Source: a bacterium (lineage in GTDB: Bacteria; Zhuqueibacterota; Zhuqueibacteria; Residuimicrobiales; Krinioviventaceae). From it: a DNA stretch of 64,000 nt. This document shows, in pieces, positions 49,834 to 59,947 of the stretch. The first letter of the stretch is position 1. Every line of letters begins with the position of its first letter. Both the position numbers and the translations under genes were made by a program. The stretch spans positions 1,568,001-1,632,000 of the forward strand of contig CAXXMD010000002.1 of NCBI GenBank assembly GCA_963675755.2, written 5' to 3'. Under the pieces are notes generated by a model. It did not search any database. It saw only the letters and a list, made by a program, of their open reading frames with translations, and was not told the DNA's origin.

Positions 49834-50823
49834 TTATTTCAGCAGCATCATTTTCTGGATAAATACATGACCACCGGATTCAAAACGACAGAGGTACATA
49901 CCGCTGGTTACCGGCATACCCTGATTGTCACGCGCGTCCCATTGGATGGTATAACGTCCGGCCTGACGTTGTCCGCTTTCTAAATTACGGATAACCTGGC
50001 CCACACTATTGTATACCACTATTGAAACATCCGATGTCTTGGGCAGATGATATGTTATAAATGTTGTTGGATTAAAGGGATTCGGATACACTGGCAGCAA
50101 TGCAAATGTTTTCGGTATGGCTGTCTCGCCATTTATACCTGTTGCCCAGGTACTGAATGACCACACGCTTGAAAACTCGCCTTCCCCGGCCGGATTAATT
50201 GCACTGATTCGCCAGTACCAGATCTTGTTCATTTCAAGATCTACATCATACTGGAGTTCTGTGAGTCCTGTTTCATCTATGGTTAATTCTGAAAAATCCT
50301 GTTTACTGGATACCTGCAAATGATAAGATTGCGCTCCATCCACACTGTTCCAGGTCAATTGCTGATTGGGGCTGATGCTCTCAGCACCGTTCTCCGGCTC
50401 AACCAGCTGCGGGGCAGGGACAGGCTCAAGAGTGGTAAATGTCCATACGGAAGAAAATGGACTATTGCCAGCGGCATTCACTGCATTGACCCGCCAGAAA
50501 TGCTGAGTATTGAATGAGAGCCCTGTAACTTTGTACAATGTATCCGTTATTGCGGTTTCATCAACCAACAGCGTATTGAAATCATCCACAGTGCTCATTT
50601 GCACATTGAATCCTGATGTGTGGATGAGTGATTTCCAGATCAGTTGTACTGAATCAGGAAGGGATGTTTGTCCGTTTGCCGGCCCACTCAGTACCGGTGC
50701 CGCGGGTGGCAGCGAAGTCATGAATACAGATTCGGATTCACCAATACCGGTACCGGCTATCAGCATAGATCCAATCAAAATCACGAGCATAGAAACCAGT
50801 AGTACTTTTTGCTGATTAGACAT
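49834..50823 (-). CDS. Secreted 2x FN3-like protein with FlgD/T9SS-like C-terminal sorting domain
   Basis: Signal peptide; two WRV/WRI-x-A-x-N-x-A-G FN3 repeats; YPNPFNP...WDARD...SGMY...KMMLLK. Confidence 0.88.
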   Translation of the reverse strand: MSNQQKVLLVSMLVILIGSMLIAGTGIGESESVFMTSLPPAAPVLSGPANGQTSLPDSVQLIWKSLIHTSGFNVQMSTVDDFNTLLVDETAITDTLYKVTGLSFNTQHFWRVNAVNAAGNSPFSSVWTFTTLEPVPAPQLVEPENGAESISPNQQLTWNSVDGAQSYHLQVSSKQDFSELTIDETGLTELQYDVDLEMNKIWYWRISAINPAGEGEFSSVWSFSTWATGINGETAIPKTFALLPVYPNPFNPTTFITYHLPKTSDVSIVVYNSVGQVIRNLESGQRQAGRYTIQWDARDNQGMPVTSGMYLCRFESGGHVFIQKMMLLK

Positions 50824-51048
50824 GAAATGTCTCCATTTTTAATAATTAATTGAAAATATAAAATTTAATAGATACTGACCTTGGTTCTGTGTGCGGCCCA
50901 CGTTCCCCCTCTCTGTTGAGCCATTGTCATTACAGCTTGCTTTCAAAGAAAGATGTTGCCCCCTGAGCGATTAATTTAAAAGTTATTAAAATTCCCCCAG
51001 ACATAATCGCAATATCCCTCAATTTATTAAACGAAACAAAAGTAACTA

Positions 51049-51064
51049 TTCAAAATGCCTGCCA
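51049..51064 (-). promoter_or_regulatory. Possible sigma-54 promoter of the surface-protein operon
   Basis: Minus strand TGGCAGGCATTTTGAA has correct -24 spacing but a non-consensus -12 (GA). An IHF-like site GATCAAGGGTTTA lies about 45 nt upstream. Confidence 0.4.
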
Positions 51065-51335
51065 AAGAATATTATGCACCTAACTATCTATTTTCAAACA
51101 ACTTGAAGATCAAGGGTTTAAAATAAAGATGAAAAAAAATACGAAATATATTCGCACCCTTTACATTTTTTTCATAGAAAATTGTGATCATTTTTTTGAT
51201 GGATAATTACACGGAATCAACAAGTATTGAATTTTAACGTGGCCTGCTGCCTGTCTCCCTACTAAAAACTTGATAATTCTTAAGAAATAATAGACAATAC
51301 CCCATGTATTATGTATTACCTGGTAACATTATAAA

Positions 51336-51379
51336 ATTTCTCCCTTTCCAAATATTAAACCATATGAAAAGGGAGAAAT
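51336..51379 (-). terminator. Inverted repeat/terminator after the fucosidase
   Basis: ATTTCTCCCTTT ... AAAGGGAGAAAT, a 12-bp stem immediately after the stop codon. Confidence 0.6.
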
Positions 51380-51383
51380 CAAA

Positions 51384-52742
51384 TTAATCATTCAAAAACA
51401 GCTCAATCACCGGTACAGTGACATTCGGTGCCTTGACGGGGATTTCCAAAGTAAGCGTATTGTCTTCTTTGGTTTCGCCGGACATCCAGGCACCGCCCCT
51501 GTCGCTAAATTCCAATTCCGAAGCGTCATTTAAAAGCTGTGCGTATTTTACTTTACCTTTGAATCCCGGTAAATGTATATAGCGGAACGGCCACGCCAAA
51601 ACATGAACATACATGCGGTTCAATTCAGGATTATAGGTAAGCATACAATTCTGCGGCATTTCAAAACCTTCCGGTGCTGCTGTACATCCATAAATAGAGC
51701 GGCCGTGGTATTTGAGCCATTCACCCATTGCACCCAGTCGGTCCATTGCACGATCATCAAAATTTCCACGGGCGGTTGGCCCCACATTCAACAGCAGGTT
51801 TCCGCCTTTACTTGTGGTCTCAATCAGCATGGTAACTAGTTGTTTCGGATCTTTCCAGGTATATTCGTCACGATAGTATCCCCATGATCCTGAAAAAGTC
51901 TGACAGGTTTCCCAGGGTACCTTTTTACCATCATAGTTGACCCAGGTTTTGGGCATAAACTGTTCAGGAGTACGGAAATCCCAGCCACCGGGAGTTTCAA
52001 GCAGATCCAGACGATCGTTTATAATAACATTGGGCTGTAATTTTCTAATCAATGACAATAATTCTTTAGAATGCCAGTCATCATGTCCCTTTCCGTCTTT
52101 ACCCGGAAAAGAAAAATCGAGAAACAGCAAATCTATCTGACCATAATTGGTCAAGAGTTCGGTCAACTGATTTTTCATATATTCCACGTATACATCCATA
52201 TCACGGTCTTTTGTTTTTTCGCGGAATTCTTTATTATCTCGCATGGGGTGTCTGCTGTCTACTGGATATTCGGGATGGTGCCAATCGATTAAAGAGTAAT
52301 ACAAACCAACACGCAATCCTTCGGCACGGTATGCATCCAGCATAGGTTTTAACAGGTCTTTGCCACAGGGAGTATTGGGTGCTTTATAGTCGGTATAATC
52401 AGTATCCCAAAGGCAGAAACCTTCATGGTGTTTTGCGGTTATGACCATATACTTCATGCCGGCATCTTTGGCAGCTTTGGCCCATTCCTGGGGATTATAC
52501 ATATCCGGATCAAATAAATCAAAATAGATCTGATACCGTTCATCTTTCATTCTTTCACGGTTCTTTACCCATTCATGACGCGCTGCCATGGCATACGTAC
52601 CCCAATGGATAAACATACCAAAACGTGCATCTGTCCACCATTGCAACCGCTGCTGTTTTTGCTGGGGTGATTCAACAGGGATTTGAGCAAAAACCTGCAA
52701 CGCAAATAACAGGATAAAGAATAAAGACATTTTTTTTACCAT
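51384..52742 (-). CDS. Alpha-L-fucosidase (GH29)
   Basis: WWTDARFGMFIHWG, TAKHHEGFCLW and GNLLLNVGP; signal peptide. Confidence 0.93.
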   Translation of the reverse strand: MVKKMSLFFILLFALQVFAQIPVESPQQKQQRLQWWTDARFGMFIHWGTYAMAARHEWVKNRERMKDERYQIYFDLFDPDMYNPQEWAKAAKDAGMKYMVITAKHHEGFCLWDTDYTDYKAPNTPCGKDLLKPMLDAYRAEGLRVGLYYSLIDWHHPEYPVDSRHPMRDNKEFREKTKDRDMDVYVEYMKNQLTELLTNYGQIDLLFLDFSFPGKDGKGHDDWHSKELLSLIRKLQPNVIINDRLDLLETPGGWDFRTPEQFMPKTWVNYDGKKVPWETCQTFSGSWGYYRDEYTWKDPKQLVTMLIETTSKGGNLLLNVGPTARGNFDDRAMDRLGAMGEWLKYHGRSIYGCTAAPEGFEMPQNCMLTYNPELNRMYVHVLAWPFRYIHLPGFKGKVKYAQLLNDASELEFSDRGGAWMSGETKEDNTLTLEIPVKAPNVTVPVIELFLND

Positions 52743-52788
52743 TCCTAACCTCCAATTATTATTATGTTATTCATAAAATAAATATAAA

Positions 52789-53949
52789 TTAAATCAGATC
52801 TGAATTTTTCAAACGCTTCCCCACTTTTCTCAATGTATCAACATCAATAGGATCAATACTTCCATCTGGCAAAGGGCCAGTGTTAAGCAGCAGGTTACAA
52901 TCCGCTTTCCATGCATCTGTTAACATGCGCATAACCTCATCCGCTTTGCGGTGATTGTCCGCGTCTGACTTTTTATATCCCCAAACCCGTGGCTGCAGGG
53001 TATCGCAAATCTCGTTATGTTTATGCTTGTTACTTTCCCAGGCATTACGGGGAACCTCTTGCATTTCCGGTTTCTTGAACCGGTCCGACATGGAATGCCC
53101 TGAACGTTCAGGTGCGGCAAAATCTTCATCTCCGTTTGCACCCTGTTTAAATGAAATAAGCGTATGCGGCTGCAATGACCGGATAAGCGCATAGGTTTCT
53201 TTAATGGGAAACAAATCAGGTCGAGAATAGTAACCCATTATAGGATCAAACCAAATACCCGCAATGGGTCCATATTGGGTCAACAATTCCCGCAGTTGAT
53301 TATGTACATAATCCACATAGATTTTAAAATCCTCATCTTTTTCCCACTTGTATTCCGGTTGATGCTGATCATAAGCAGGCCTTGCATTCTGCCATCCGGC
53401 ATCCCGGGAGTAAAAATATGGATGCCGCCAGTCTGCCGCATAAGAGTAATACAAAAAGAGTCCCAGGCCTTTTTTGTCACATGCCTTGGATAGATCACCA
53501 ATCAAATCTCTTTTTGCTGGGGACTGCACACTGTTAAAATCCGTTTCACGCGTATTGAAAAGGCAAAATCCATCATGGTGCTTGGAAGTGATATTAATGT
53601 ATTTCATACCGGCATCCAAAGCAAGATCCGTAATAAAATCCGGATCAAAATTTTCTGCTGTAAACCGGTCTTTGAGCTTGGCATATTCATAAACCGATAT
53701 TTTCTCTCTCAACATCACCCATTCGCCACGCTCAAGCAATGCATACAATCCGTAATGCATAAACAAACCATACTTTGCTTCGGCAAACCATTGTAACGCA
53801 GCTTTTTTAGGATCGGTCTGATAAAGGTCTTTATAGCCGGATAAATAAGACGGCACATTCGTAGAGGATTTACATCCATTTAAATATATTGTACTGGCTG
53901 TAGTGATAAACGAATTTTTAATAAAGGTACGCCGATTGATAGGTTTCAC
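52789..53949 (-). CDS. Alpha-L-fucosidase (GH29), Tat-exported
   Basis: NRRTFIK Tat motif; KYGLFMHYG, TSKHHDGF, IWFD and NLLLNTGP. Confidence 0.9.
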   Translation of the reverse strand: MKPINRRTFIKNSFITTASTIYLNGCKSSTNVPSYLSGYKDLYQTDPKKAALQWFAEAKYGLFMHYGLYALLERGEWVMLREKISVYEYAKLKDRFTAENFDPDFITDLALDAGMKYINITSKHHDGFCLFNTRETDFNSVQSPAKRDLIGDLSKACDKKGLGLFLYYSYAADWRHPYFYSRDAGWQNARPAYDQHQPEYKWEKDEDFKIYVDYVHNQLRELLTQYGPIAGIWFDPIMGYYSRPDLFPIKETYALIRSLQPHTLISFKQGANGDEDFAAPERSGHSMSDRFKKPEMQEVPRNAWESNKHKHNEICDTLQPRVWGYKKSDADNHRKADEVMRMLTDAWKADCNLLLNTGPLPDGSIDPIDVDTLRKVGKRLKNSDLI

Positions 53950-53984
53950 AGGGTCTCTCCTCTACAATTCAGTAAAATATATTC

Positions 53985-55460
53985 CTATTCATGACCGAAA
54001 AAACGCTTGTTCCAATATTTCACAAAATCTTCCGGAGGACTGTCATTAGACAAACCTCTTTCTGCCAGTGCTTGTCCGTCCCGTTCCATTTGGTGGTTCC
54101 ACCAATATTCTATTTCTTCTTTAGGTTCAGGTATTTCTCCCTGGTCACCGGTTTCTTTAATCCATGCCATCAAGATCAACCGCATAGACTCGAGCTGCTG
54201 TTTGAATTCCGGATTTAATGCAAGGTTATTAATCTCGTAAGGATCATTATCCAGATCATATAGCTCTTCAACAGGTCTTATATCTCGCATAAAAGCAAGT
54301 TGAGCCGGTGTGAGTTTGTTTTGTTTTTTCAGTACCTGTAATAAAGAGAATACCGGATATCGTTTGCGTTTGTAACTGTTTAGCTGCATATAGGGACGTT
54401 CAGGCATAAAATTACGTATATATTTAAATCGCTTGTCACGAATACAACGAATCCTGTCCACAGTTTCATCGCACCTGTCCCTGGCAGCAACAACAAAAAG
54501 ACGCTCCTGGGTATTTTTTCCCAGAAAAATATTGCCCTGTAAATGTGCAGGTGGCTGAATACCCGCAAGGTCCATACACGTGGGGGCAAAATCAATGGAA
54601 CTGACCAGCTCTTCATTCACAGTTCCGGCTTTGAAATGATTGGGCCAGCGAATGATAAGCGGAATACGAATACCTCCTTCATATAACCACTGTTTTCCCC
54701 GAACATGCGGACGGCCATGATCGCCAAAATAAACCACAATGGTATTTTCTGCCAAACCGTCCTTTTCCAACTGTTCCAGCACCTTACCAACCTGCTTGTC
54801 CAGTACCTGCAACGATTCCAGATAATCAGCCCAATCCCGACGGGTAATTGGATGATCAGGATAATAAGGTGGAATATCGACAGTATTGGGATCAACAGGA
54901 TTTTCAGGATCACGTTGAAAAATGCGGTGAGTCATTTTAAAATTGACCTGGGCAAAAAACGGTTGGTTGGTTTTTAACGCGTTCCAGTCTTTTCCATCAA
55001 AAGGTTCTTCCCGGGGTTCAAAATTCCAATCGGTTTTACCGGTTCCCGCAACATCGGGTGCAGGATTGGTGATATTGGCTGTAAAATAACCGGCTTGTTT
55101 AAAATAATGAGTAATAACCCTGACCGGTTCTGGTAATGGTTTTTTGACCCGGGTACGGTGGTTATGGGCACCAATAGTAGTCTGGTACATACCTGTCATA
55201 AAACCAGAGCGTACAGGCGAACATACAGGACATGTAACAAATGCACGATTAAACCGGATTCCTTCCGAAGCAAATTTATCGATAAATGGAGTTTTCACGG
55301 AACGATTACCATAACAGGCAAAATCAGGACTGGTATCTTCAGAGATTAACCAAAGGATATTGGGTTTAGCAGGTTTAGCGCAATGAAAAGACAAAGAAAA
55401 CAAGGCAGTTGCTGCGGCAGTACGATTCATAAACTGTCGGCGTGTTAACTGTTTAGACAT
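53985..55460 (-). CDS. Formylglycine-dependent sulfatase, Tat-exported
   Basis: TRRQF Tat motif; PNILW; CSPVR (CxPxR); GDHG; ELYDL. Confidence 0.92.
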   Translation of the reverse strand: MSKQLTRRQFMNRTAAATALFSLSFHCAKPAKPNILWLISEDTSPDFACYGNRSVKTPFIDKFASEGIRFNRAFVTCPVCSPVRSGFMTGMYQTTIGAHNHRTRVKKPLPEPVRVITHYFKQAGYFTANITNPAPDVAGTGKTDWNFEPREEPFDGKDWNALKTNQPFFAQVNFKMTHRIFQRDPENPVDPNTVDIPPYYPDHPITRRDWADYLESLQVLDKQVGKVLEQLEKDGLAENTIVVYFGDHGRPHVRGKQWLYEGGIRIPLIIRWPNHFKAGTVNEELVSSIDFAPTCMDLAGIQPPAHLQGNIFLGKNTQERLFVVAARDRCDETVDRIRCIRDKRFKYIRNFMPERPYMQLNSYKRKRYPVFSLLQVLKKQNKLTPAQLAFMRDIRPVEELYDLDNDPYEINNLALNPEFKQQLESMRLILMAWIKETGDQGEIPEPKEEIEYWWNHQMERDGQALAERGLSNDSPPEDFVKYWNKRFFGHE

Positions 55461-55478
55461 ATTGGGTCCTTTCAAAGG

Positions 55479-56513
55479 TTATTCAAAAATATCTCCATCT
55501 CTGGACAACACAATAGCAATGGGTCGGGTTTTGGGAAAATGTGAAAGAATAATCATACCAATTACTGTAATGGGTACACACAGAATCATACCGGCAATTC
55601 CCCACAACGCTCCCCAGGCAAACAGGGATAATATAATAACAATAGGACTCAGATTCAGATTGTTTCCCATTAATCGGGGTTCAAGAATATTACCAATAAG
55701 GAATTGCAGCATACCAATGCCCCCTGCAACAATAACAATGGGGTATAAACTATCAAACTGAATTATTGCAAAAACTGATGGGAAAATAGTGGCAACAATG
55801 GATCCGATTGAAGGAATAAAATTCAAGGTAAAGATAAGTATAGACCAAAACTCGGCAAAATCAAGATTTTGGGATGACATGATCAGGTACCCCAAAATAG
55901 CTGTTAATGCGCTATTGAAGGTTTTAATACCTATATAAACCCGAATGTCTTTATCAATCTTTTTGATCAATGCAAAAACTTCTTCACGTCGATGCGGTTG
56001 TTTGATCAATGCGGCAAGTTTGAGCTGAAAGCTCTTTTGTTCCAGAAATAAAAATACCAGATAAACCAGAATAATACCCGCCTTGCTCACAAATCCGGTA
56101 ATGGTTACAGCAAATTGAGACAATAAACCGGCAATGTCTATACTTGAAAAAATCTGGCGTATGGTTGGAGGCTCTTCCAGATTAAACAACTGGTAACCCT
56201 GGGTTATAAGGGAAGTGAATTTCTTTTGGTATGCTGGAGCAACAACAACAACATCTGCAATATTGTTGCTTATCAGATTTAAAAAGAATACGATAAGACC
56301 ACCCATGGTGATAAAAGAAAAAATAAAGCACAACCACCGTGGTAAATGGTATTTCCATATTTTTATTTTCTCAAAAGCCAGTGCCAGTATATTAATCAAA
56401 TACCATATAATGATTGCAAGTACAAAGGGAATCAACAAATCTTTGCCAACAATCAATATATAGAAAACAAGAATTGTACTGACAAATGCCAGAAAAAAAT
56501 TGAGCAATCTCAT
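55479..56513 (-). CDS. AI-2E family transporter
   Basis: LNFIPSIGS, EPRLMG and WGIAGMILCVP. Confidence 0.9.
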   Translation of the reverse strand: MRLLNFFLAFVSTILVFYILIVGKDLLIPFVLAIIIWYLINILALAFEKIKIWKYHLPRWLCFIFSFITMGGLIVFFLNLISNNIADVVVVAPAYQKKFTSLITQGYQLFNLEEPPTIRQIFSSIDIAGLLSQFAVTITGFVSKAGIILVYLVFLFLEQKSFQLKLAALIKQPHRREEVFALIKKIDKDIRVYIGIKTFNSALTAILGYLIMSSQNLDFAEFWSILIFTLNFIPSIGSIVATIFPSVFAIIQFDSLYPIVIVAGGIGMLQFLIGNILEPRLMGNNLNLSPIVIILSLFAWGALWGIAGMILCVPITVIGMIILSHFPKTRPIAIVLSRDGDIFE

Positions 56514-56623
56514 TTACTTGTATCCAAATATAATGTTCAATTTAAAACATAAACATTTTTTTATAATTCAACAATACTCTATTTATAAATTTATCTTTTT
56601 ATTACAATGCTTTACAAACATTA

Positions 56624-58066
56624 TTATTGATAAATAGAATTCATTTCCCAGATATCAATTGTTTTAAAAACAGATTTGTATTTATTGCTGAATAGCCTGA
56701 TTTTGTTCATATCCATACCTGGAAATGTACGGATTGTAGCACATTCTCTACCGTTAATATAACATTCAACAACAGACCTGTCTACAAATATATGCAAACG
56801 CAATGTCTTTTCATACGGCAATAACTGAAACGGAGCAGAAACATTGCCGGCATTGAAAACCAGTTGTTTATTGTCGAATTCAATTCGAACTCCGGTTTGT
56901 GTTTTTTCGGAATACAACACATCCAATCCGGATTGGTGCGCAGTACCAATGTCAATATCTGTAATGATCTCAAAACAGTTTCCTGAAAAATCTGGCAGTA
57001 CAAATACATCATTAGCGCCAACCGTAACATCTGCAAACTGGGAATGCTTTCCCCGTAATGCTGACAGTTCCGGCAAGGGTTCTATGCCCAGTGTTTGATC
57101 ATCACGCAGCGTTAATACTCGAGGCAGGGTCAGCATACCATTCCAGGGATATCCTTCAGTACCACCACCGGTTATCCACCCCCACATTATACGTCTTCCC
57201 TGTTCATCAACCAGGCAATTGGGAGCATAGAAACCACTGCGCCCCCCTATATCCAAAGATTTCCAGGAACCATGAGTAAATTTATTATCTTTAAATTCAC
57301 CCAAAGTGTATTGAACTTTGCCATAAGGAGAAACCGCAAGCAGCCATTTTTCACCCAGTGTAAAAAAATTGGGGCATTCCCACATACTTCCAAATCCGGT
57401 ACTTATGGGATTAATATATACCCAATCCGTCAGGTTGGTAGATTTGTAAAGAAAAGCCGTTCCGCCTACATCTTTAATTCCGGAACCTATAACCATGTAC
57501 CACTCATCGCCATCCTGCCAAACAAACGGATCACGGAATCCGGTTACATTTTCTACCGGAGGCTTGGGGATCACAGGATTCCCGTCATACTTTATCCATG
57601 TTCTCATATTATCATAACTGCGTGCTATGCATTGTACTTCCGGGTTTACACCGGTATAGATAATTGTAGGCACACCGTTATCTATCACACAGCAGCCAGA
57701 AAACACACCATCTTTATCATAGCTTTCCGGATTAGGAGTAAGAGCAATGGGCAAATGCTGCCAGGTTACCATATCTTTACTTACCGCATGTCCCCAGGAC
57801 ATGTTTCCCCATTTGTCTCCATAGGGATTATGTTGAAAAAACATGTGATATTCGCCCTTGAAATAAACAGGACCATTGGGATCATTTATCCAATTGGCTT
57901 TTGTGGCAAGGTGAAACAAGGGTTTGAGAGGATCTTGCTGGGCTTTTACTGCCGCCTGCTCTACACTGGCATCGGCATTTACCAAAAGATCATTATGAAT
58001 AGAATCAAAGGTTTGTGAAAAAGAAAGTACTGCTAAACTCAAAAGTAAGGAAAATAGAATTCGCAT
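56624..58066 (-). CDS. GH32 beta-fructofuranosidase/levanase-like enzyme
   Basis: Catalytic motifs WINDPNG, RDP and WECP; signal peptide. Confidence 0.93.
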   Translation of the reverse strand: MRILFSLLLSLAVLSFSQTFDSIHNDLLVNADASVEQAAVKAQQDPLKPLFHLATKANWINDPNGPVYFKGEYHMFFQHNPYGDKWGNMSWGHAVSKDMVTWQHLPIALTPNPESYDKDGVFSGCCVIDNGVPTIIYTGVNPEVQCIARSYDNMRTWIKYDGNPVIPKPPVENVTGFRDPFVWQDGDEWYMVIGSGIKDVGGTAFLYKSTNLTDWVYINPISTGFGSMWECPNFFTLGEKWLLAVSPYGKVQYTLGEFKDNKFTHGSWKSLDIGGRSGFYAPNCLVDEQGRRIMWGWITGGGTEGYPWNGMLTLPRVLTLRDDQTLGIEPLPELSALRGKHSQFADVTVGANDVFVLPDFSGNCFEIITDIDIGTAHQSGLDVLYSEKTQTGVRIEFDNKQLVFNAGNVSAPFQLLPYEKTLRLHIFVDRSVVECYINGRECATIRTFPGMDMNKIRLFSNKYKSVFKTIDIWEMNSIYQ

Positions 58067-58120
58067 GAACAGCTCCCTTTTTTATTTACAAAACAGTATA
58101 CAAAATAAAAATGTATTGTA

Positions 58121-58156
58121 AAAGAAAAAAGCCCCAGAGATTTCACCTGAGGCTTT
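58121..58156 (-). terminator. Intrinsic terminator
   Basis: Minus strand AAAGCCTCAG...CTGGGGCTTTTTTCTTT. Confidence 0.7.
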
Positions 58157-58180
58157 GAAGGAGACTGCATATGCAGTAAA

Positions 58181-58585
58181 TTATTGGATAGTGAGTTTAA
58201 GAGAACCTGTTTTTCCCCAATAATTTTTTTCATATTCTTTGGTTACTATCTCTTTACCATCTTTATCAATCGCTTTGATATCAAGATTAAATGTTTCATA
58301 TGGTGCATCCTGAGGAATCTTCATCGAAGAAGTCCATACGTTTTTCTCAGATGCAACATCATTTTCAAGGATAATCTCCGGGGCATCGTATGGATATTCA
58401 CGAACAGTTACAGTGATACTTTGAATATCACTGGCCTTACCGGTAAATTCAGCAGTGATCGTTACTTTTTCACCAATGGATGCTTTTTCAGGATTGATAG
58501 TTGCTTTAACAAGTTTCGGTTGTCCCGCAAATGCCATTCCTGCAACTAAAAGAACCATTACACTAATCAATACGATTTTTTTCAT
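58181..58585 (-). CDS. Small secreted beta-rich (Ig-like) hypothetical protein
   Basis: Start MKKIVLIS after GGAGG; signal peptide ending AFA. Confidence 0.8.
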   Translation of the reverse strand: MKKIVLISVMVLLVAGMAFAGQPKLVKATINPEKASIGEKVTITAEFTGKASDIQSITVTVREYPYDAPEIILENDVASEKNVWTSSMKIPQDAPYETFNLDIKAIDKDGKEIVTKEYEKNYWGKTGSLKLTIQ

Positions 58586-58702
58586 TTGTTCCTCCCAATA
58601 ATTATAATTAAACACTTTGTTATTTGTCAAATTTTCATACGACAAACATAAGAAAAAGATTCCAAAAGTGCGTCTATTATATGCGGGAGGACGTCCACAC
58701 CG

Positions 58703-59812
58703 CTAATTCTGGACTTTGCGGTACTCTGAAGGGGTTTGTCCGGTATATTTTTTAAAAATTGCATTAAAAGCAGATTTTGAATTAAATCCGCAATCCATTG
58801 CTATAGCCAACAAGGTGAGATACTGGTACTGGGGATCCATCAGTCGCTGTTTCACTTCCTCAATACGATAGGTATTGATATAATGAAAAAAATTTTTATC
58901 AAAAACACTGTTTATGATTTGTGTTAAATGGTGACGTGAAATTTTTAAATGTGCAGCCAGGTCCTGTATATTTAATTCGGGGTCCAGAAAAGGTTTGTCT
59001 GTTTCCATATATTTTGAGAGTTGTTCACCATACTGGCGGGCCTGGTCTTCAGTCAATCCGGATCGTTCATATTTATTTTGCCGGGGTTCGTTAGATTTTT
59101 CTACTTCCACAATCCGGTTAAATCTGAATAATGTAGGTTGTTTTATTCCAAAATAACTTACACTAAAGGCAAAAATGGTTAATCCCAGTCGATTAAAAAA
59201 ACGAGGATCAAAGAAAAAGTTTTTTTCCACAAAAAACATTCCCATTATAACCAAACCGGTAATGGAAATAAAAAATATCGTTAAAATAAATTTAACCCAG
59301 TTTAGTGTAAGTAAACGAGATGTGAATGAAAATTTGTCCTGAATATTTTGTTGGTGCAAATGAATATCAGACAGAATTCGATATCCATAAAAAGCTAAAG
59401 AAAATAAGAAATATAACATGTATATATGACGGAGTATAATTCCGGTAATTTCCAGCTTTTGAGGGTGGCTAAATATAGGTTCATTTATCAAAAACAATGA
59501 TACAAATACAATATAAACCAGGGCGGGTATAAAGTGTATTAAATCTTTGTAATGAATTTCAGGAGATTCATCAATCAAATATTTCACATAAAGATATAAA
59601 AATGGCAAATACGTCATTGGAAAAAACAGACTTATATTCAATAAAGGAATAAACCAATGAGATTCCAAAACCAGGGACAAGGCCATTTCTGATGCAATAA
59701 AAAATAACCAGACAGCAAAGATCAAATCATGAATATATTTGGGTCGCTTGGTCACAATAATAAAAAAAGCAAATGCCGATTGTGATAAACCAATGTATAA
59801 TAGGGGTATCAT
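58703..59812 (-). CDS. AraC-family regulator with N-terminal multi-TM sensor
   Basis: TM helices followed by KPFLDPEL...GFNSKSAFNAIFKKYTGQTPSEYR. Confidence 0.92.
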   Translation of the reverse strand: MIPLLYIGLSQSAFAFFIIVTKRPKYIHDLIFAVWLFFIASEMALSLVLESHWFIPLLNISLFFPMTYLPFLYLYVKYLIDESPEIHYKDLIHFIPALVYIVFVSLFLINEPIFSHPQKLEITGIILRHIYMLYFLFSLAFYGYRILSDIHLHQQNIQDKFSFTSRLLTLNWVKFILTIFFISITGLVIMGMFFVEKNFFFDPRFFNRLGLTIFAFSVSYFGIKQPTLFRFNRIVEVEKSNEPRQNKYERSGLTEDQARQYGEQLSKYMETDKPFLDPELNIQDLAAHLKISRHHLTQIINSVFDKNFFHYINTYRIEEVKQRLMDPQYQYLTLLAIAMDCGFNSKSAFNAIFKKYTGQTPSEYRKVQN

Positions 59813-59872
59813 TCATCATCCTGAATTGTTTTCATAATTTACAAAAAAAAGTCACTATTTCAAACAATTCAT

Positions 59873-59913
59873 AAAAAAAAGAAAAGGCCTCTGGATATGA
59901 TACCAGAGGCCTT
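59873..59913 (-). terminator. Intrinsic terminator
   Basis: Minus strand AAGGCCTCTGG-TATCATAT-CCAGAGGCCTT followed by a T-tract. Confidence 0.8.
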
Positions 59914-59947
59914 GTTCGGAGGTTGGGAAAAGAAATTTTTAGTATGT

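Noticed and set aside
57272-58018. 248-aa plus-strand ORF and similar overlapping ORFs elsewhere
   Set aside because: It is antisense to a well-supported GH32 gene and has no recognisable motifs.
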